In this document: in pieces, positions 40,791 through 54,400 of the stretch | How the letters are laid out: each line of letters opens with the position of its first letter | Numbering within the stretch: the stretch's first letter is position 1 | Assembly: GCA_050084515.1 (NCBI GenBank) | Contig: CM114271.1 | Location: forward strand, 25,854,001 to 25,918,000 | Origin: Blasia pusilla | Lineage: Eukaryota | Direction of reading: 5' to 3' | Length of the DNA stretch: 64,000 nucleotides | Position numbers and translations under genes: made by a program | The notes under the pieces: generated by a model | Databases searched by the model: none | Seen by the model: only the letters and a program-made list of their open reading frames with translations | Told to the model about the DNA's origin: nothing

Positions 40791-43700
40791 ATCATTATTG
40801 GAGAGTTTCTTCTTGATTGCAAATACCTCTCTCCTTAACATGTGGCAACCGGGTAACAATAAAATATATTTTAGTCTACTGCAACAAGAAATGTGTGCAC
40901 CACCATTAATCCCTACATTGCATCAAAGTATCAATTAGACTCTATTTAAAACTAAAAAGAAAATTATTATTTACGGCCTCTACAAGTAGGGCTTAAATGA
41001 AATGCGTCCTAGGGATACCGCCACGTCCTCCTTGCAAGCACTCCATGCAGACAAACTTTATACGTGTCGGGCATGGTTACGCCCATGGTAGTAGGTTTGT
41101 TGTGGAGGATCTTCTTTTTGTTCGTGTGTGTTTGAGCCTATTTGTGTGCGTTCGAGCTCCTCCGTGAGCTTGGCTCGTGCGGGCGTCCATCTTCGTGTGA
41201 GTTTTGTGCCTCATCCAAGAGAATGTTGTAACCCTATACACATCTTAGACATATCCATCGTCCCATGGGAACTACATCAAGAGGGGGGGTCATACATGAC
41301 ATATGCCACCCTCGAGAACAACCATCACATACCAACATGGTGGGTGCACCCCTCGCAGATCCACACAACATACACCTCAAGCCTAGAGGTACCACTGTCA
41401 AGCTCAGATCCACTATTCCGTCCACGTTCGGAAGATGACATGGCGCACAATTGCGCACATGATCCTTCCAAACCATACCATCCCGTCCCTCCAACATGAG
41501 GACTCTGATCCGTAATACCTCGAGCACACATAGGATCGTTCGCCTTGCATTGACATCTAGCGTCGTGGGCGCCTGCTGTAAATACACGTAATCTCCATGA
41601 TGAAATCTCCTAATCCCTGGACGATAACTTCCTCCAAGAATGGTCGCGTACCTCAATATATCTCTATGCTGAGCGATAGCTAAGTTCTCAAAGGCCATAG
41701 GCATAACTCTACAAAAAATCTCCGCCCTCTGAGAACACGCTTATACCCACACATCTGGATCATCAAGATCTAACACCTCCGCCATATCACGTTGAATAGC
41801 TGTAGGTAAATGTGGCTCTCTCCCAAAGAGCAAAAAGTACGGTGAAAAGACGCCAAGGATTCCTGGCGACTAAAGCAATAAGCCATAGCCAACCATGGCA
41901 AATGTAGGTCCCACTCCCTCAATTGTCCCTGCTGCAAGCCATACTTGCGCAATCCTCTCTTCACGGTTTGTACTACTCTCTCCGCCAACCCATCCGCCTC
42001 AGGATGATCTCTAGATGTGGTACGGTGATCTATCAGCGCTTGATCACACAAGGCTTGAAACTCTCCCCTGAACTCAGTATCCTAGTCAGTCAACACCTCC
42101 CCTGGTGCATCAAAGTGACTAAGCACACGATCTAGAAACGGATAAGCTATTCCCTTGCTCGCCTTGTCCGGTAGTGCCACCAACTCTATCCACTTGGAGA
42201 AATGCTCCACCATGACCAACACGTACCTGTGATGACGCCCTGTCAATGCCAAAGGTCCCGCGAAGTCTAAAATCCACCAATAACTTAAACCCATAATCGG
42301 CAAAGGATGTAACTGCGGAGTGGGAGCTCGCACTCTGTCACATACCATACATCTGGCCACAAATTGTTGTATCTAAGTATGCATGGCGCGCCACCAATAG
42401 TGAACCTGGAGTAAGCTGTAAGTAGGCTTTACTCCAAAATGCCCCAACTCCTCATGGGCATGTCACACTACATGTGCTCGTTGGAAAGGATGAGGTACCA
42501 CTCGTATCCTACCATCTTCCCATACGTGCAAAATATGAGTCTCCTCCCACCTAAACCTCTTGGCTCTCTATAGGATCCGATCCCGCTTCCTAGCACTCAC
42601 TATGCTTGCTATGACGCTAGTGCAAGAAAGAACCTCCACGTCGTCATGGATATCACGATCACTTATCGCCTCCTCATTGACCTCCGGATCCAAAGACACA
42701 TCATCTAACCCCACCATTGGAGTCATCACCTGCAGTTGACCTAACATAGTCAACCAACAAAGATAGGCAGATGCATGCCAATCGGGCACCATCTTCTCAT
42801 CACTCTCTCCGTGCCATCGAGCTCTTGTGTCGTCTCTCTGACTCGGACATGGGTTACGACTCAACCCATCCGCATCCTTGTTCAGCCAACCCGGCCTTCG
42901 AACTACCTCAAAATCATACTCCTGTAGTAATAGAGCCTACCTGGCAAGCTTTCCCGTAAGCTTGTCGGACTCCATGAACCACCTCAACGGCTGATGATTA
43001 GTGATAAGTGTGAAAGGGTTGTCGAATAAATAACACCTTAAGTGTGCCATGGCCCACATTGTCGCCAAGCACTCTCCCTTGTAGGAGCTATACTTTGCCT
43101 CTGCAATGTTTGATTGGCTCGCGTAAGCCACAACGAACTTCCTCTTCTCGCCATCCCTCTAAGTAAGCATTACTCCTAGACCCAACATGCTCCATTCCGT
43201 ATGTAATTGGAATGGGCGATCCCTAACCGGTCTCTGAAAAATGGGTGAGGAGGTCAACCTGTCCTTAAGCTCTTGGAATGATCGCTCCTGATCATCTCCC
43301 CACAACCAAACCTGATCAAGTGTCATCAACAAGGTCAAAGACTTCGCGATTGCACTAAGACCCTTAGCATACCGTCCATAGAAGTTTGCCAGTCCAAGAA
43401 ATTCTCGGACTCGACTCACATCTGTAGGGCGTGGAATCTGCGCAATAGCCTCCATCTTTATCTGCTGAATACCTAACCCACTCGGGTATATGGTGTGTCC
43501 CAAGTACTCAATCTGCTCCTGAAAGAATCTGCACTTGCTTGGATGTAACTTCAGTCCATGTAACTGCAATCACCGAAACACCTCCTCCAGGTGTTGCTCA
43601 TGCTCCTCAACCGTGGAACTGAAGATAAGAATATCATCTATGTAACATCGTTCAAAATCCAAGCCAGCCAGAATCCTATCGATCACTCTCTGAAACTCCG

Positions 43701-44499
43701 CAGGCGCGTTCTTCAACCCATATGGTAAGAACCGCCACTGATACAAGCAATCCCTCCCGAATCGATCTATCCCCCTGAATGTTGTCTTCTCCCTGTCCTC
43801 CAACCTGATAGGAAGCTGATGATAGCTAGCACGGAGATCTAAAGTACGAACGATCTTTGCATGCCCTACCGCATCAAATATCTCCTCAGGAGTAGGCATG
43901 GTATACCAATCTAACCTCGTTTGTCGGTTGATAGGACGGTAATCTCCACACATCCGCCCTTCCGTCCAATTGCCATACATATCCTTCTTCGCCGGCATGA
44001 TTATGGCAGATGCATACTCCCCATGTGATAACTCCACAAGTCTTTGCCTCCAACAAGTCCTGACTCCTGCTCTGAATCAAGGCTCGCTCCATATTAGAAT
44101 ACTTGTAGGGTCGACGAAAGATTGGTGTATCACTAGCTAACTCAATCCGTATCCCGGGACCCTTCAGCGTACCCAAGTCTCTCATAGTGAAGGCAAGACA
44201 ACTAACGTACCCTCTCAAAAACCTATGAACTCGTCGTCACTCTCCTCCTATCAACTTGAGACCTATCACTCGGAAAGAACGCAACCTCCGGCTTTGGTTG
44301 CTATGTAGCAACCCTAGCCACCTCTGAAACAACCACTCCACTCTGACATCCTACACCATGCTCCACATCCAAAAAAATGTGGTGCTCTAGCCGCCTTTGC
44401 ACTCTCGGCTCGAACGACGTCCCAGGAAGTCCATGGGTTCCTATCTCTCCTCATCTCGCCCCCAGCCAATGCCTCTACAGACCTAGTAGGCAGGCTAGG

Positions 44500-45241
44500 G
44501 CTCACCAACGTATGTAAGGTTACCCTCAACTCCCCCATCCTATTGGCCATCGCCAACGGTGATCTATCATCCCGTGTCATCACCTCGGATCGACGCCCTA
44601 AGCCCAAAATAGCATCCATTGTGAGATGTGATGCTCTCTGGACTCCATCGTATGCTCAACTCAGTACCTCTGATGGTATCAGTTTCGTCCATCATAGCTG
44701 TGGATGATGGGCTCGTGATCCAACTCTCGCTGCATCTAACAACACAACAGGTCCCAACCATGACCTCACCTAATGCACACTCGTCATCACACGTGCACAA
44801 GTGTCTCCCAAATAACGGCACGTTCTCCAAAATATACGCCGGAGAACATGTCTGACTTTCTTGCAAGTATCGTACTACTTGCAGCATCTCCCAAAACATC
44901 CTTGACCTCGGATCCTCCAATCCAAATCCTCGGCCAGTTGATGAATGACCCTAACATGGCCATCCTAGAATCACCAAATGAATGGTGCCAACTCTATCCA
45001 GATCCTACGCCCCCACCAAAGAGATGTTAGCGGGTAGTGTATGTTGATATCCCCCTATTGCAGATACCGGTAACAACTTAGGATACCTCTGGACCAATCT
45101 CGCCACCTGATGTATTGATACTTGCTTTGCGGTCTCATCTCTCTCCACATAAAGGTACAAATGCACCCGTATGCCTGCCTGCAATACCGCAGCCAATCCG
45201 GTGCTAATCCCTCTGAAGAGATCTAACACCCTAACACCCTC
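44500..45241 (-). pseudogene. DNMT3-like C5 cytosine DNA methyltransferase domain embedded in gypsy pol
   Basis: Motif I VLDLFRGISTG (45229 down), motif II YVERD, motif IV GWPC*G (44954-44965), motif VI YILENV (44819-44827), motif VIII-like LDAARVGSRAHHPQL*WT. Motifs IX-X not seen. Confidence 0.88.
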
Positions 45242-47151
45242 CTATGGACACTACCATACAACGAATGTGGTATCTAGTGGGATCAACATCTCCACTCCAA
45301 GAGCCTTATCGCCACCTAAAACTCTCGCTGCTCTGGGATAAAGGCATGACTCCATGCCTGCCTCACGAGGTTGTCGGCACTCCCCTGTAGCTTACGAGTC
45401 GTACCCCAAAATAGTGAAGAGGTCTCGCCAACATGGGAAGAGACACCCGCCATGGCCTGTCTCTCCGTGGGACTATCCGCTACTCGGACATTCTCCGCAT
45501 GTGCATTCCCCTCCAACAACTCTCCTGTCCAGCTAACACTACCTGTGAAAGCTGCCAACGTGGTCACATACTCGTCTCGTGCTCGACCACCTCATCCCGC
45601 GAACTGCACCAGTAACTTACTCATCCGCCTGTCACATGACCACCACCTTGGCCGATAAGCAACAGTTTCCTCCTAGAAGTCAAGGATGAATCCAAGGGGA
45701 TATAACACTATACTCCCCACCAACACATCGTATGACTCAGTTGGTGTTGTAATCGCATGTGTGCGCACCATACCACTATTCATCGCATGCTCTGGCTGGA
45801 CTCTGACAACTATCTCCTCTCAAGTCATATATTGCGTGGATGACACGCCCCCCAATTGAGGTCTATATCTGGAATGGAAAAGGCTCAATGTCGGCCTTCT
45901 GTAACCCCAAAGCTAAACAGGACGCCTTCCTAACATCAAGGGTTGTGCTCCCGAATCAAGTAGGATGCGTTGCAGGTGGTATACTATCCCCGTCGGACTA
46001 ACCAAGCAAAATACTACAGCTCGATTATCCAATAACACTACGCCATGTGTCACCACTACTCGCTCTATGGCCGGTCGAGCTGGCATATCTACCAACTTTG
46101 TCGCCGCCGCATACCATGACTCTGTGGGGGACGTCCTGAGCACCTGCTCCAAGGGCAAGTCCACCACCTCCTCAACTACCATTGAATAAGAGGCAGTCAC
46201 CTCTCCACGCTCATACAACGGGGTGGCCAACCAGAACACCTCAGCTGGTCCAACTCCCAACGTCGCAACGAAAATAGTGGAGTCTTGCTCACTCTGGTGG
46301 CCACCTCCAACACTATGGTTGACATTGACTCCACTCGAGCGGACATAGGAGTTGTCACTCCAACTCCTCATGACGTCGATGCACCTCCCTGACCTGTAGG
46401 CACCGCTGGTTGTCAAGATACCATCAATGGTATGTGTAGTGCCTCTGACAATGTGAATGATTGTGGAACCCTGGCTTGCTGCCCCTTAGTCCTCTCCGGT
46501 GGGTTAATCGCAACTCCACCTCTTGATGGCTCAGTGCCTCTTGCAGCACCCCGAGTTACCACTGAAGTCGCCTTAACCTGAGCTGCACTACACATAAACC
46601 CCGTACTAGCAAGATCCTCACTCATGTCAGGGTAGGAGGTAGGAGTTGAAGTCACACTAGCTGCTTGCGGCTTCGTGCCTTCCCTGAGCTGCATCATCAT
46701 CATGGCAGCAATCCTTTGCTCCAACTGATCGATGCGTGAGAGAAGTGTCGGCTGTGGTGCTCCTGCTCCATCTCCTCTGGCTGGTGGTGGTCTTCTACCA
46801 CCACGTCCAAGAACAACTCCCCGACCTCCTCCAGGACGACCGCCCCCAGACCCTCGGCCTACCTCTGGACGTACCTCTCTACGAAGGTCAAAACATCTAT
46901 CCCTAGTGTGACAATATCTGCGGCAATAGTCACACTGGTACCGTGGTGGGGCCATCCTCTGTGGCTCTTGAGCAATCGTAGACGCTTGTGGTCCTCTCCC
47001 TTGTTATGTGCAGTCTCTTTGCCTATGGGCCCCTCCACACGTCCAACAAGATAACATCGGTTCCTGTTGGGAAACATATGTAGGTACATGTCGTTGCCTC
47101 ATAGGCTCACGGTACCCGCTCTACTATCTGGGCACACTGGCCCGCTCCGGT

Positions 47152-48431
47152 TGTCGTATAGTAAAATCATCTATTATGTAAACTCCTTTATCATTAAATG
47201 TTAGAGAGAGTTTTATTAATATTAAATAAATTAGCCTAGGAAAATGAAATTATCATGTTTAAACCTCCTTAGGGTGACTTATTTGCGCGGGCCCAACTTT
47301 AGGAAAAGAGATAATAAATAAAAGATGGGATTAGAAAAGTAAAGTAATGGGGTTGGTGTTTTAATAAAACAAAAACAAAAGTAGTCTTAGTTAGTGGCTA
47401 GGGTTGGTGGGGTAGTTTAGAAGATATGAAATGAGTAAAAGAGGATATTTTTGAAGAGATAAGAGATAATCTACTTGTATCAAAATATGATTGGCTAAGC
47501 CTTGAGAGGGAGCCATGTGGCACAAGATAAAATTAACCCTATTTCGTACTCTTGTGGATCCCTTGTGAATATATAAAGAGGAGGGACCTTCAAGGGTTCA
47601 TCACCTTCTATTTCACATCTTGAGTCTTTTGTGTCATTCTTGAGTGTATGGCTTTGGGATTGCTTGCTCTTCCAATGAGAGTGGATTATCCCTCTTGGGA
47701 GAGTAACTTGATCTTGGTCTATTCTTCGAGAGGTTTTTAGAGTGTAGTATGAGTGGAGATGAGAGACTTGTCACTTTAGATGAGTTTAGTCATACAAAAA
47801 ATAGATTATGGTTTGGCTTGTTATTTTTCCAATGAGAGTGGATTACCCCTCTTGGGAGAGCAACTCCGCAAAATCCCATTATAGAGGAGAGTAAAGGATA
47901 TTTGTCAAGTATGGATAGGGGTGGTGCACGAATTGTGCCCGATTTTTCCTTCCTAAATCCATACCATGTCAAGATTCTCTTTGTAGACAGGCACTTGTTC
48001 ACTCATTATCTAGTTTATCATCTGGGGATGCATTCATGAACCAAGTCATGAAATCTCCAACTCCGATGATTCTTCTTATAGTCACGTACGGAAGGACATG
48101 GGATTGCACTTTGTATGTCCTTATATAGCAATCCATGGATGTCAATAGGCCTACTTGAGTAGGGTTTAACATTAGTTGTGTTATTTTCCTTGTGTACAAA
48201 CGTAAAGTAGTTTACATGGACTTCATAGTTAGGAATTTTAGGGTTGCATGTTATGAAGAAGTGATGGCCTCGGCACTACCTTTCGTGATTCCTATCTTGA
48301 GAGAATGGAGGGTTTACATAATAATTTTGTACTGAAAAAGGAGAAATTCTTATAGAGTTTGACTTGCATCAACCACGTCTATTGCAGTTAGAAGGTCCGC
48401 CCTTACTTGAAGAAAGGCTCTCGATACGACA
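47152..48431. mobile_element. Short TG...CA element (~135 bp once the nested solo LTR is removed) inserted in gypsy gag
   Basis: Perfect 8-bp terminal inverted repeat TGTCGTAT (47152-47159) / ATACGACA (48424-48431). Flanks CGGT/CCGT. Gag-like sequence resumes on both sides. Confidence 0.55.
47177..48318. mobile_element. Solo LTR (~1.14 kb)
   Basis: Termini TGTAAAC...GTTTACA, flanked by TATTA/TAATA (TSD with one mismatch). Internal TATATAAA at ~47570; non-coding and AT-rich. Confidence 0.75.
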
Positions 48432-51277
48432 CCGTGGTACTGGTGCTCGTTGTGACACCTGTGGGGTCACTATCGCTCGTGGACTTGCCGACTCTTGAGA
48501 AAATCCAGTGATCACTATCTACTCCTCAATCATGTTGAGCTTAATATGCTCACACAACTCGAAGATCACCTTCAATGTGGGCTTCGCTGTGTGCATCGGT
48601 ACCGTATCTCGGACTCTCCTCCGTAGTTCTTGGTCCAAAACCCCAAACCAAAACTAGACTGACTGCGCCTCAGTCACTCCATAAGTAGCAATGATCAGCC
48701 TCCTCATGCGTGTGAAGGCCTCTCTCAGACTCTCACCCGATCGTCGCTAAAAATCTTGTAGACTCTTTAGCTTGTCGGTGCATACGCCTTGGTAGCTCTT
48801 CCCCAACTGTCGGAAGAACTCCACTTTGGGACTGACGCTGGGTGGCCCTCTACCACCAGAGGTCTCTGTCACATCGCTTGTCTCACTGCCCTCCTCTCCA
48901 TCTAGTCTCGGGGCTGAAGGTGTTGGTCTCTCTCCTCTCACGATCCCATCATATTCCTCGCGACCACTAGTGGATACATACCCTGGAGCCCAATACATCC
49001 TCTAGGCATCGATCTCTACTGAATACAACAATCAGAACTCTTGTAGTCATCCATTGGAGGACCCTCCAAGTGTTGGAACAACCCTTTCCATGCCATGAAA
49101 GGGTTGAACCGTGTCGAGGTCCGTATCTCCTTGAATTCTCACCACATGTCGAACTCCTCGATGAAATCATCTAAGTCGATGGTGCCCACTGCATCCGAGA
49201 AACAAGGCATGCCCCAATGGCCCATGTCGTCCATCTCCTGCCAAGTGACACTGCCTCGTTTGCGATCTCGTCACCAGACCCTGTGTCTAGTGATGACGAT
49301 GTAGCCACGGATGGATGTCGAGGTAGCTCCTCACTCGTAACCCCTCGGTATCTCACTCCACTCCGTGTCACACCACTGCTACTGCTTGCACTACCCCGTT
49401 CTTCCAAACCCTGGAAGAACGCCGTGATAACAACCCTGTCTCACCCGCTCAAACACTCAGACTCACCAAGAGTCTCCCACACTCCTCAGTAGCTCACTGA
49501 CGCTAATGGTAATCCCGTGACGACACATCCGGCCTCACGCACACTCAACACTCAGGCTTACCATAAGCCTCCCAACTAACTCACCTAAACCACAGACACT
49601 CTTGGGTCATACACGTGACCTCTACTCGGCAACCACCGTATATCCACAGACATGCTACACATGCATGGAGACTATACTCGTCACCATCGCTATATCCATC
49701 TAGCCCCAGCAACTACCCGATACCCAACACTCTCAATCACATAAGATAAGTGCAGGAAAAGGGACTCAAATGGGTAACTTGATCATGCCCTCCAACCTAC
49801 GACCCATCAACACCCACTCCTCCATGTGATATGAAAACCTCCGTAAACGACACCCTCCTCAACCAACACGTCAAACCTCCCGTCAGCATTGGCATGTATG
49901 TCTCCATCAGAATCCTCGCCGAACTAATCCCCGGCCAAACTCTCAACCATGTCAGCCCATTTATCATGTCATCCGCGCCTCTACCACGTCGCCCTACGAC
50001 ATCCATCCTAGCCCCTACTACATCCGCTTCTACTAAGTATGCTTTGTACTACATCCAACTGTCGACTACGTATCTTGTCTACCACGTTGCTTGGGCCTCC
50101 AACCACGTCACCCGCACCTCCAACCACGTTGATCATGTCGACCACATTCGTCCCTCCCAACCACGTCTTCTGACCAACCACATCTGGAAGGCACCGACCA
50201 CGGTGCTCTAAACCACGCAAGTGCGTTTACTATGTATGGGAAAGAAAAAAGGACCTAGCCCTTGGCCCACGTGCCTATGGGCCTTATGGCCCCTTTGGGG
50301 GGGGGGGCCTAAATGCGTGGCCCTATGAGGCCGCCCTAAATGCGCGAGGGGGAGGGGGCACGCCCCTCCCCCTACGCCGGGGAAGGGGTCCGCACCCCTA
50401 TGACAACATAAATGATGGGAAGGGGGGGAGTCGCGCCCTAACCCTAGACTTGACCTAGCCACCCTCACAAAAGCTATGGAGACTTGCTCAAAAAAAATGC
50501 TTCTCTTCCTCTCTCCGGACACTTGCCACTGCTCACTTGCGACCGTCATTGTCCCTCATCATGCGACACACGAGCGTTTTACTCTACTGCTGCCTCAAGT
50601 CAGTTTGCACTAGCAAAATTTGAGAAAAATGGACAACACTTCCGCCCACAGTCTTTCAAACATGCGTCTCTAGGGACTCTCGACCAAGGCAACTCGCTTG
50701 CCCTGCGTTGGGGTAGACGGTCTGGTAAGTCTAGGGAAACGAATACTAACGATGCGCCCTCCGTACCTACAAATAACGAATTTCCACCAACCCCTTGACA
50801 TCTTTCTCATGTGAAAATAAAGAGTAGTAAAAATGACACACCAGGCCTAAAACTCCACTCCTCAATCTACATCGGCATATCGAGCCTCATCCACCCTAAG
50901 CTATCAAGGAATCCAGGCGCTAGCACCTTAGTCCTATCTCACACACGAACAAGAGAGGTGCTCCAATGGCCCAACACGAGAAAGATGGCTTTGGAAAGCC
51001 ATCTTCCTCCCTCGTATAGGGCTGGGAAGAGCCAAAAGGCTCTTCCCCTAAAAATAGCTATCCTCATGGTAACGTGCGCTCACAGGTTACCATGGGCGGG
51101 TGAGTTGCTCAACAAGTCACCCGCCTGTGAAAGACCCCAACAAGAACGTTGTTAGAAATGACGTTCCTGACACAACAGCCCTATCCTCAACCTCATCCGA
51201 CATCACGGGACAAAGTTACACTCAAGACATACCATTGGCTCCTATGCCCTATCCACGATACATCTCGACCTATCGGT

Positions 51278-51475
<198 letters not shown>

Positions 51476-51499
51476 AGCACTGGGAACGCTTTTCTCTAC

Positions 51500-54400
51500 A
51501 AACATCAACTTCTATGGCAACTCCGAAGAGAAGGTAAACCAAGAGAGTGGCCGCTTTATACACCGCTACGCAAAGAATGAGCAAAATGCAATGAATCAAA
51601 ATATAATGGGTTCCACAAAGGATTCTTCTGTGTATCCTCCCTCTTGGATTCTCCCCTCATTCAATTCAACTACAATAGTTTAGGGCTTGAACTCCAGTCA
51701 CATATATCGGATACCATCAAATAAATATTTGCTATCAATCTGTTAATAAATAAACTCTACACTGACTACAAGGACCTCATAGAATTACCCCAACCATCTG
51801 GCTTGGTCATCCTTCCCTCAACAACAAGCTCAACAGTAGTAGAGAAAATACCCAAAAAATCTCAAGAAAAAGACCAGGCTACACATAGCTTGAGCTATGA
51901 CCCATATCATCTTGAGTTGAACATTTTGCAAGATGTAGCTTACTCACTTCTTGTTCAAAAACGTACTTCGACTGATATTTTTTACAACAGTAGCCTTTAT
52001 CAGGGTCAAAATTCCTCTATTAGAGAAAGTCTTCTCACAAATATTTCTAGTACCTCTTTAGACTCTAGACTCACAATAGAAATAATTTTGTTTCCTTTTT
52101 TATAGTCATACCTACGAGGGTATTTCTCAGGAAGCTCCTCATTTCTTGATTATATGTGGAATCGCTCAAAGCAGTTATTTAGTATATTTTCTCTTTATAA
52201 GCCTTACTCTCTCCTTATGCATCAATTGAGGCAATCAATAGCCTTGTGTTCAAATAGCACAACTTTCATTCTTACTTGAGAACCTAACAAGTTAAGAAGA
52301 AAAAAACCATGTCTTCTAGAAGAAGATTTATATTCCCATTCATCTAAATATTCAATCAATCCACAACTTCCTGGAAGTCCTGCATGGCACCGCCGTCACC
52401 TTAAGGACTCAAAAGCCATGGTCCACAAATGGGGCATGCCTCATTTTTTCTTGACTTTCACATCTGATGAAGTTTCACCAACCAGATGGCATGGATTTGA
52501 TGATATTGAAGTCCTCTTTAAAAATTTCAACACTACATTTTCTTGGCATGATGCTCCAGCTCAATGTGCCCAGTTGTTCCATTCAAGATTACATTCTTTC
52601 ATGCAGCAACTTATCCTAGGTGGCCTCCATGTTCTTGGTAAAGTTTTAAACTATTTATTGAGATATGAACTACAAGGCGAGGTAGTCTACACTATCACAT
52701 GGTACTCTGGTTAGACACATCCACATTAGATAGAGTTACGTACGTCAGAAATGTGCACCTACATTCCTTCCACTCTAGGTACATCTAATTTGTCTACATC
52801 ATCACCAAGTGCTACTTCCATCCATGACTTATTGTTGCAATATGTACTCACAAAACAATTACATAAGTGTAAGCCAGGTGTATGCGTTATTAGGAAGAAG
52901 AATCAAAAACCTTATTGTAGGCTAGGATTCCCTGTGGCGCCTAACCTTAATATAGCTAGTACCTTATATTGATCCCAAAACCATGAGGTGGACTTATTTT
53001 TGTCCTTCTCTAGAACATCGTAACGTGATTCCATATGACCCACTTTTGTTACTCTTCTTGGGTGCTCACATGAACTTACAACGTGTTACTACTACTGATT
53101 GGTCGTTCTATTTGCTAAAGTATGCATTAAAATCTGAGCCAACAGGGTCACTAGATATTGATACACATACTGGTAAGTGTCTTGGACTTGGTGGAATTGA
53201 CAAGATGAAGCTTAAATTAATTTCCGGTGTTGTACTTAATAAGTCTGTGTCATCTACAGAAGCTGCACTAACATCTATGCAGATACCCATTACATACACC
53301 TCTCAGGCAGTGCATTATGTTGACTCTAACCCTCCATGTCGCCGCAGTTCCCTATATAGGAATGTTTCAGTTCCTTGCATCCACCCAATTGTTATGTACT
53401 GCAACATGCCCACATCTATGGAAGATATTACTTTCATCTAGTACTGGTCTTCCTATGACTTGCACAAGTCCTGCCCTAAAAGCACCAATGTTGTTGCTGG
53501 CCTAGACAATTTAGGTAATGTTGTTTGCAAGACATATAGAGTTGTTCGTTTTACCGAGTTTCATCCTCTCCACCAGTGGAGATCTAGAGGATTCTTTTAT
53601 TCAGCATTGTTAAATCACATCCACTTCAGGTCTGAAACTGAAATTTTATCTTCTGACAGCTGGACTTATTTACATGAATGTGTACATAGGAAAATAGTTC
53701 TCAACATTGAAGATATATATGCTTTAGTTAAGACTTACACCATAAAAAAAATCTCTGGGGTCAGGTACATAAAGTTGAGATCTTTGCAAAAGTAATTGAT
53801 ATCTTACAACCTGAACTTGTTGGAGACATTTTTGAAATGTTTACCCAATCCACTTCAGAACCCCTTTCTCCATCACAACCACAACGTATCCATCCAAATG
53901 AACCAAATTTGGAAACATTGAATGATGTGCAATTGAGGCTTTTCTCCCAACTTAAAGACTTACGCTCTGGTCTAGTACTCTTAAAGGGTTCTCTCGGATG
54001 TGAGTGAAAACTTTCTTCATCAAATTCATATATAGTTATTGGAAGGCTTCTAGAATGTGTCCACTTCTTACAGCTACAACAGGTATTGCCGCTATTCGTC
54101 TACATTGAGAAGCAACCACTGTTCATACCAATTCGAGGCGACTTGCCTAACATGCATGCTACTTCTGACAATTATATTAGGCTGAGATCATCAAAAGTAG
54201 TTGTAATTCATGAATGTTCTATGCTTACCACCAAACTTCTTCAGGTAGTAGCAATGCGGCTTAACGAAGCCTCTCCTTCAAAATACACAACTCCAATTGC
54301 AAATAAGCTAGTTCTATTGGTAGGAGAATGGTGTTAGATTTGTCCAACATGTAACCACCGCTCTTCTCCTTTCTGTGCTAGCTGCCACATTACTTCATCT

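Larger units (their letters stand above)
41234..49420 (-). mobile_element. Degenerate Ty3/gypsy LTR retrotransposon: gag-CCHC-PR-[C5 DNA MTase]-RT-RNaseH-INT-PHD
   Basis: Gag relic ~48430-49400; CDYCRRYCHTRDRC knuckle ~46900; protease LLDSGAQ ~45950; RT (RMCGDYR, TLDLRASYHQ, PYGLKNAP, YIDD) 43570-44037; RNase H (YASQS..YSSY.GECLA) ~42940-43200; integrase (HEELGH..CMVC, LDFAGP, HPEADGLAER) 41700-42480; PHD 41234-41390. Many stops and frameshifts; paired LTRs not identified. Confidence 0.93.

Noticed and set aside
49430-50210. Candidate 5' LTR of the DNMT-gypsy element
   Set aside because: No matching second copy near 41000, so the LTR cannot be delimited.
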